64,000 nucleotides of DNA from Magallana gigas (lineage: Eukaryota): the NCBI RefSeq assembly GCF_963853765.1, contig NC_088858.1, positions 20,894,001 to 20,958,000 on the forward strand, given 5' to 3'. The notes beneath the pieces were generated by a model that was not told the DNA's origin, made no database searches, and worked only from the letters and a program-made list of their open reading frames with translations. The translations under genes and the position numbers were made by a program. Shown one piece after another: positions 58,031 to 64,000 of this stretch (positions are counted from its first letter, which is position 1; each line of letters opens with the position of its first letter).

Positions 58031-58939
58031 CTTTGTTTTTTAAATAGTTAAGCAGACAATTCGTCCTATATCTAATTCGCCCCCAACCTACTGGATACAG
58101 ATTACATATTTTATATATATTCTTATATTATCATAATTAATATTAAATCATATTTGATATATCATAAACTGTATCTCTTTCAAGTTTTTAATCTTTTTTT
58201 TACATCCCATGGCCATGGGCCACAACACTCACCAGTACCAGAGTGTTTTTGTTTTTTTTTATAGTTTCAGTCTGAGTTACATATGTGAGAAAATGTTGAT
58301 TGATGATTTTTTAGTACAAATGAAACAAATCCCGGCCATTTTGCATGAGTCGGAGAAAAATTCGATACACTTAAAAAAAGGATATCATAAGAAGTTTTCT
58401 GTTTCCAAAATACACACACAATATTTGAGTCTTACCACGGGTTGGCATTGATTGTTGATAAGATGGAGCTCTAGCTATTTTCTTTACTTTTTAACATGAC
58501 TGTTTGTTACTAAAACCAAGATCATTGCGATTTGGGTGTCTTAACTTTTGCCGATTGCATATGTACAGTCCATCAACAGCGGTTTTTGCATTGTTAATTT
58601 TTTGATTCTTTTCTTAATCCAAGAAGAACGTCCCAATTTTTAACATACCTGTGTAAATTTGACGATTAATCCATAAACAATAGCCCCCATGATGATTGCA
58701 TGTGTGGAATATGTTCATGTACTTTTTTTACACGACTATAATTATATGTTTGTACAATGTATGTGCATGCTAGACAAAATATTTCCATTAAAATATCGAA
58801 TCTTAAACATTTTTCTTTTTTCATGTACAATAATGTGTGTAAATTGTACAAGGTACATGCCAGACAAAATATTTTAATTCAAATTTGAAACACATTAATC
58901 ATTTTTAAATTCACCTCTAAGAATTCGGGATCGAGAGCT

Positions 58940-59280
58940 TATATATGCTTTACTCTCAGCGTCTGGACCTGGTTAGCGTTTCTGGAACAAGTCCTGTATC
59001 TAAGTTAATAGGTTTTAGATGCTAGAGTAGGTTATGTCTTTTAGAGCAGGTGCCCTTTCATGACCATACCTAAATTGGGTAATTGAGTTACTTGTATTAC
59101 TGGCCCTAACTTACATTATGATGCATATAGACAGGCTTGGATGCTGAATGTGAGCCATAGGTTTTGGATCGGTGCTGGAGGAAGTAAAGGTATTTGTAGC
59201 TGCCAGTGCAGGTTAATTAAAAAAAAACCCAGCTAGATACCCTCTTATGGCAATGTCTAATTTATTACTGGTCCTAACTT
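58940..59280. repeat. Degraded fragment of the same Cg170-like unit as 14375-15450
   Basis: GGACCTGGTTA.., CAGGTGCCCTT, GACAGGCTTGGATGCTGAAT.TGAGCCATAGGTTT, TATTACTGGTCCTAACTT. Confidence 0.6.
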
Positions 59281-61145
59281 TAAGGGGGATGTGCGGCCAC
59301 CTTGTAAATTTGAGGATAATAATGTAAACATTTTTCTTGTTCTAAAAATAGATCCCATGCCAACCGATAAAAATAGGATACCCTATTTTGAGGCAAAGTT
59401 ACAACTTAAATGAGTTGAAGAGAGGACACCAAAGAACCCCCTTCATATTTTTTCAGATTTTTAAATCTTCAGAATAAGTCTGTAGCTGCGCAGTTCGACA
59501 GCTGTTCTGAGTGATTAAAAAGGCATTGTAAATGCCTATTCGTTTTTCATTTTTGTATGTTGGTTTTACTTTTTGTTTGTTTGATTTGTATAAAGACACC
59601 TTTGGTTGATTTTATGTATATTGATATTGCAAAGAAGACTGTTGGTTTGGCATTTATGATCATTGATGATATTATTTTGCATTGTTGAATTTAAATCACT
59701 ATATTGTATTTTTTGCCCTTTCCGCTGCCCATACCTATATTTACATTTATTTCTTTACGTTTTTAACCTCGTTAATTTGCGTTAGTTTTCGGATTTTCTG
59801 GTTTACTTCAATACTAGGTTTTTTCATGCACGAGCTCTTTCGCGCTCAGTATTTATAAATAGATTTACCGGGGAGTATTCGATTAATGCGACGTTCGTTA
59901 CAAAGCAGTACAGGTTGTGTCTTTGGTTTTCCCTACCCTCCTGACCCAAATATGTTTTTTGAGATTAACTAATATTTTGTGTTGTCATTTATTTGTATGT
60001 ATAATGGATATTAAATTGCGATTTGTAACGAACGCACCAATCCTTAAAAATTCTGTTTTTGTTTTTCAATAAATTAGTCAAGAAAATATTTATTTTCGGA
60101 GGAGTGAAACGAGGGAGAAAATAAGTTATTTTTTTAAAACTCTATTTCTAGATACGTCAATGTTCCACCAAATCACTTCCGATTAGTTGAAATGCTTTCC
60201 TTTTTTTTTTCTTCCTATACTTCGTTTTTGACTGATTTAACAAAAAATTCGCGAGACATTTCATATAAAATTACTTTTTTGAATATAAATAACTCAAAAC
60301 TTCGTAAAAATTTCCTGATTTATTACGCACATTCTTCCTTTAAAGTAGTAGAAGGGTATTTTAAAAAGTGATTGCACTTGACAGGTGCACAGTGTAAAAA
60401 TATCCAAGCCAAGTGCAGTAACTAAGGCGTGTCTATAATCCTGTCTAACCAGTACTGTCGGTAATATTTGAAAGTTATTTGGAAAGTCTGAGTGTTTATA
60501 CGAGCTTCTCATGGGGATCTAGAGGGTGAAAAAGGTGTGAGACTCAACTGACAGGCGTAATGTTTCTATTGTATTAATCAAGAATATCAATAGTCATTAC
60601 CGTCCAGTTAAATTGAGCAAAATTTATAGTTAAACAGATTTGTTTAGGTAAACACAGACTGCCCTAATCCGGAAGCTGAATTGAGACGAAATAACAGGAA
60701 AAAATATATGTTCCCAAAGAAAAAAGTCTGTAAACTCAAACGTCCGGATATCCGGAGCCCTATTGTATTTGGAAGTGCATGCAAAAAGTAATATATATTA
60801 CAATTAAAATTCAAAAATATGTCTCATTCATAAATTGTATATGTTGTGTCGAAATTATGACAAAAATATCTATTTAATCAATTATTCTTGTGTAGTCTAC
60901 CTAAACTGACATCAACAACAAGCGAGAATCTTTGCTTAAAAATGACATCGGGTATAAATTTCACGACTATCTGGTCTCAATTTTTATCAACATTGAAAAA
61001 AGTACCCCTTCGGATCAATGAATGAACCCCAGGCCAGGTCAATATTCAACCCGGCTCAAATCACTCCGTTTTTCCGTTCCGCGTTTTACACAAGGCTATA
61101 GGTGCTAAACAATCGTGCAGGGCGAGATAGACATTGACGATCACG

Positions 61146-63404
61146 ATGGCGTTGAAACAAGTTGTGAAATTGATCGCAGTGACCATTTTCTCCTGCATTT
61201 ACTCAACTCTTGTGTTTATTTCATTGTTTTTCCGTCCAAAATGGCTTATAGGCGGATTTTTCAAGAAGTCGAAGTCTGACAACCCCCCGAAATGTCTGAG
61301 TGACCCGAGTCTCGGGACCCACGGCTACATTCATCTAGAGGTGAGAAATGAGGCTTACCTGGCCTGCGTGCGGCAAGACTCAGTCTTTTATATTATAAAG
61401 CTGAAAACTTTATTAATACTGGCCTCATTATATAAATTATAGGTTTTTAAAGTATGCAGACGTTGTGTATGTACTACTGACTATATCTAGGCTTAGATGG
61501 TTAGAGTAGATATGATTTTATCTATATAGCCATGAGTGTTTGAAGGGTGAGAAAATGGAACTTGGTTTATCACATTCACAAATAAGTTTGCATGGACAAA
61601 TTATTTTTCCATTGTGGCTAAATATATTACATGATCAAATTAACGTAATCATATCCCTTTTTAAAAAATGTACCAAGGTATTAATACAAGATATTTTATA
61701 AATTTAAAGTAATTTGCTAAGCTCACTTTGTTCACATACTATAAATATGAGTGTCGATCATTATACTGAATCCATTTTATTTCAAAATGTTACAAATCAA
61801 GGCAGAAATCGGAATACAATAGGAGGACCACAATGGGGGGGGGGGGGGACGAATTATATTTATACAGGATCTACATGAATTATTGTACATTGTCCAGATA
61901 GTTCATATCATAACTCATTAAACTGAATTTATCATACCTATTGTTCCTGGCAGGTGAGTGATGTAGCCAATTGACCTCTTGTTTATCTACCAGTTAATTC
62001 ATATTAACAAGATATCTCTAAATTTTAATGTAATATAGAGTCATATATGTTAGAGAAGCAAACAGAAAAATGTTTGCATTTCCTAATAAACGTGGGTGCA
62101 TGCTTGTGGGGTTGATGCGTGTCAATTGGAATTGTTCAGTGAATCATTTCTCAAACGTCTGCCTGTGGTTATTTTATCAACAGAAGTAGAGCCAAACCAA
62201 TTCATTATCTACAATATGACTCATTATACAAAAGGCATGAACAGTCAAGAATGCTAACAAGCTAACCTCCCTACACATAAACCAGGATGCCCCAGTCAAA
62301 CAAAGTCTGCATGATGTAATTGTTATTCTCTCTCCCTGTTTTTTTTTTTAAATGAAAGCAAAAAAACTTTGAATATATGGGATATATCCAAAATACTAAT
62401 ATTGTTTCAGATTTATTGTAATTTTGAAGCATTGAGAGCGCTAGTAAATGCATGGTTGTGGAATTTTAAGTGACACTTACGGAACCCTTGAATCACATGC
62501 AGTGTTAGTGTTGAGGAGAAAATTAGTTAATGTCATCTTAAAGTGATATAAACCAGCATGGTTAGAAAGAAGAGATTCTCAGTGTACATATATCAGAACT
62601 ATTGGATACTCTGTCGACCTATTTATTAACAGAGTAAAACTGTTGAAGTATATAGATTTTAACAATTTTTAACACAATGAACACTTTTATTAAGTTAATT
62701 TAACATAATTAATGTGCCAGGATACTACGTATATTTTTGAATTGAGTGCAAAAGTTTCATATAATTGTTACCAAAGAATATAAGAAAAATATATTAGTAA
62801 AGACAGATTCAATGTTGATATGATATAGATTACTTACAAACACATGCACATTCTTGATTGACGTACTGACAGAATACTACGTACTGTACAGATCTGCATA
62901 TTAATGAAATGTATTTTTAATGCTTTCATATATATTTATCCTATTGTGCCTGAGGAGTTAGGAAGATTTATAGGTTAAATAAAGGGTCCAGGGTGTGTTT
63001 ACTAAGGGTAGGGGTAGGAATAGTTTGAGTGTAGGTATTATAGATTCTAATGTTAAAAATCTAGCCTTAAGAGCAGGGGAGAAAATAAATGATTTTTGTA
63101 ATGGCATGAAAATTATCATTACCGGTACCAAAGTAAGTGATTGCGATATTTTTTCACCAGGAGAAAATGTTAAAAACTGCCTGCATTAGCTTGAAGGAAG
63201 CATGACATGGCATATGGCATGTACCGGTAGGATTTAATGTGTTTTATAATGGCTGTACATTGTATAATTTGTATTACAGGAGGTCAGACTTCACTATGTG
63301 GCAGCTGGTACAGAGGGGAAACCCTTGATGCTCCTAGTTCATGGATTTCCAGAGTTCTGGTATTCCTGGCGGTACCAGCTTAGAGAGTTCTCTAAAGAAT
63401 TTAG
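61146..63404 (+). CDS. EPHX4: Epoxide hydrolase 3/4-like alpha/beta hydrolase, first two exons; the gene continues beyond the window
   Basis: Exons 61146-61340 (hydrophobic N-terminal anchor, [19 protein letters not shown]) and 63280-63404 ([33 protein letters not shown], containing the HGFP oxyanion motif). EPHX3 versus EPHX4 cannot be resolved, and this may be a single pro-ortholog. Confidence 0.88.
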
Positions 63405-64000
63405 GTATAAGTTACAGACTTGCTGTTTTAATGTCACTGTAAACCAATTAGAAATTCCTTATGTAACACGTCGTAAGAAAGTGCTATCTGCCTATATTCA
63501 TTCATATGCTGACAAATATTACTACAGTACATGAAAGAGGACCAAAATGGTTGGATTTGAAGTAAAAATTATTATTTGTTGATAAGAACATTCATCAGTG
63601 TTCAGGAAAATTAAGGTAAATTTATCCTCTGAAAAGAGAGGTAACTCTCAGTAGGATTAATTACTAGGACTCCTTTACAAAGATTGTAGAATTAATTATT
63701 CTGGATTTCTGGTCAAAGATTGGCAGAAACTGTGTTCATTTTTCTGTCATAATTTAGATTTCTTTTGGAAGATCATTAAAGCACACATTTTATATAAGTA
63801 AACAAAAGTAATGATGAACCTAAAGTTGTCAGGAACCTATAAATGGACAATACGTACATTGGAAGAGAATCAGATTAAAATGCATGATATATATACACAT
63901 GTGTCATCTGTCTTCTCAGAGGGAGCATTATGCCAATCTATTAATCTAATATTGTTATACATTTATTTTTGTCACAAATAAATGATGACAATTAATGCGT

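Overview
AT-rich eukaryotic (metazoan) genomic DNA, most likely an oyster or related bivalve; the species is inferred from ~166-bp Cg170-like satellite units inside Helentron-like elements and from the MITE repertoire. Five protein-coding genes were reconstructed by hand with consistent splice phases. (1) An intronless replication-independent-type linker histone H1 (9482-10054, +). (2) A 26-exon NEDD4 C2-WW-HECT E3 ligase (11565-34971, +). (3) A 3-coding-exon GATAD2/p66 NuRD subunit (38908-42236, -). (4) An 18-exon MAU2/Scc4 cohesin loader (48462-58030, -). (5) The first two exons of an EPHX3/EPHX4-type epoxide hydrolase (61146 onward, +). The rest is intron or intergenic DNA with many non-autonomous transposons, transposase and LINE relics, minisatellites and one 129-N gap. 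No prokaryotic system or CRISPR array is present. The most notable observations are: a minisatellite grown from a MAU2 splice donor, creating a ladder of decoy 5' splice sites; the MAU2->GATAD2 tandem pair matching the human MAU2->GATAD2A neighbourhood; a TSD-flanked LINE ORF1 fragment with twin-priming geometry but no LINE 3' end; TTAA-targeting DNA elements carrying tRNA-derived Pol III cassettes of two different identities; a U12 intron behind an 18-nt MAU2 microexon; frame-preserving cassette exons carrying whole modules (WW domain, basophilic phosphosite, NLS); and 3'-biased intron loss in GATAD2. All coordinates were counted by hand and no database searches were run.
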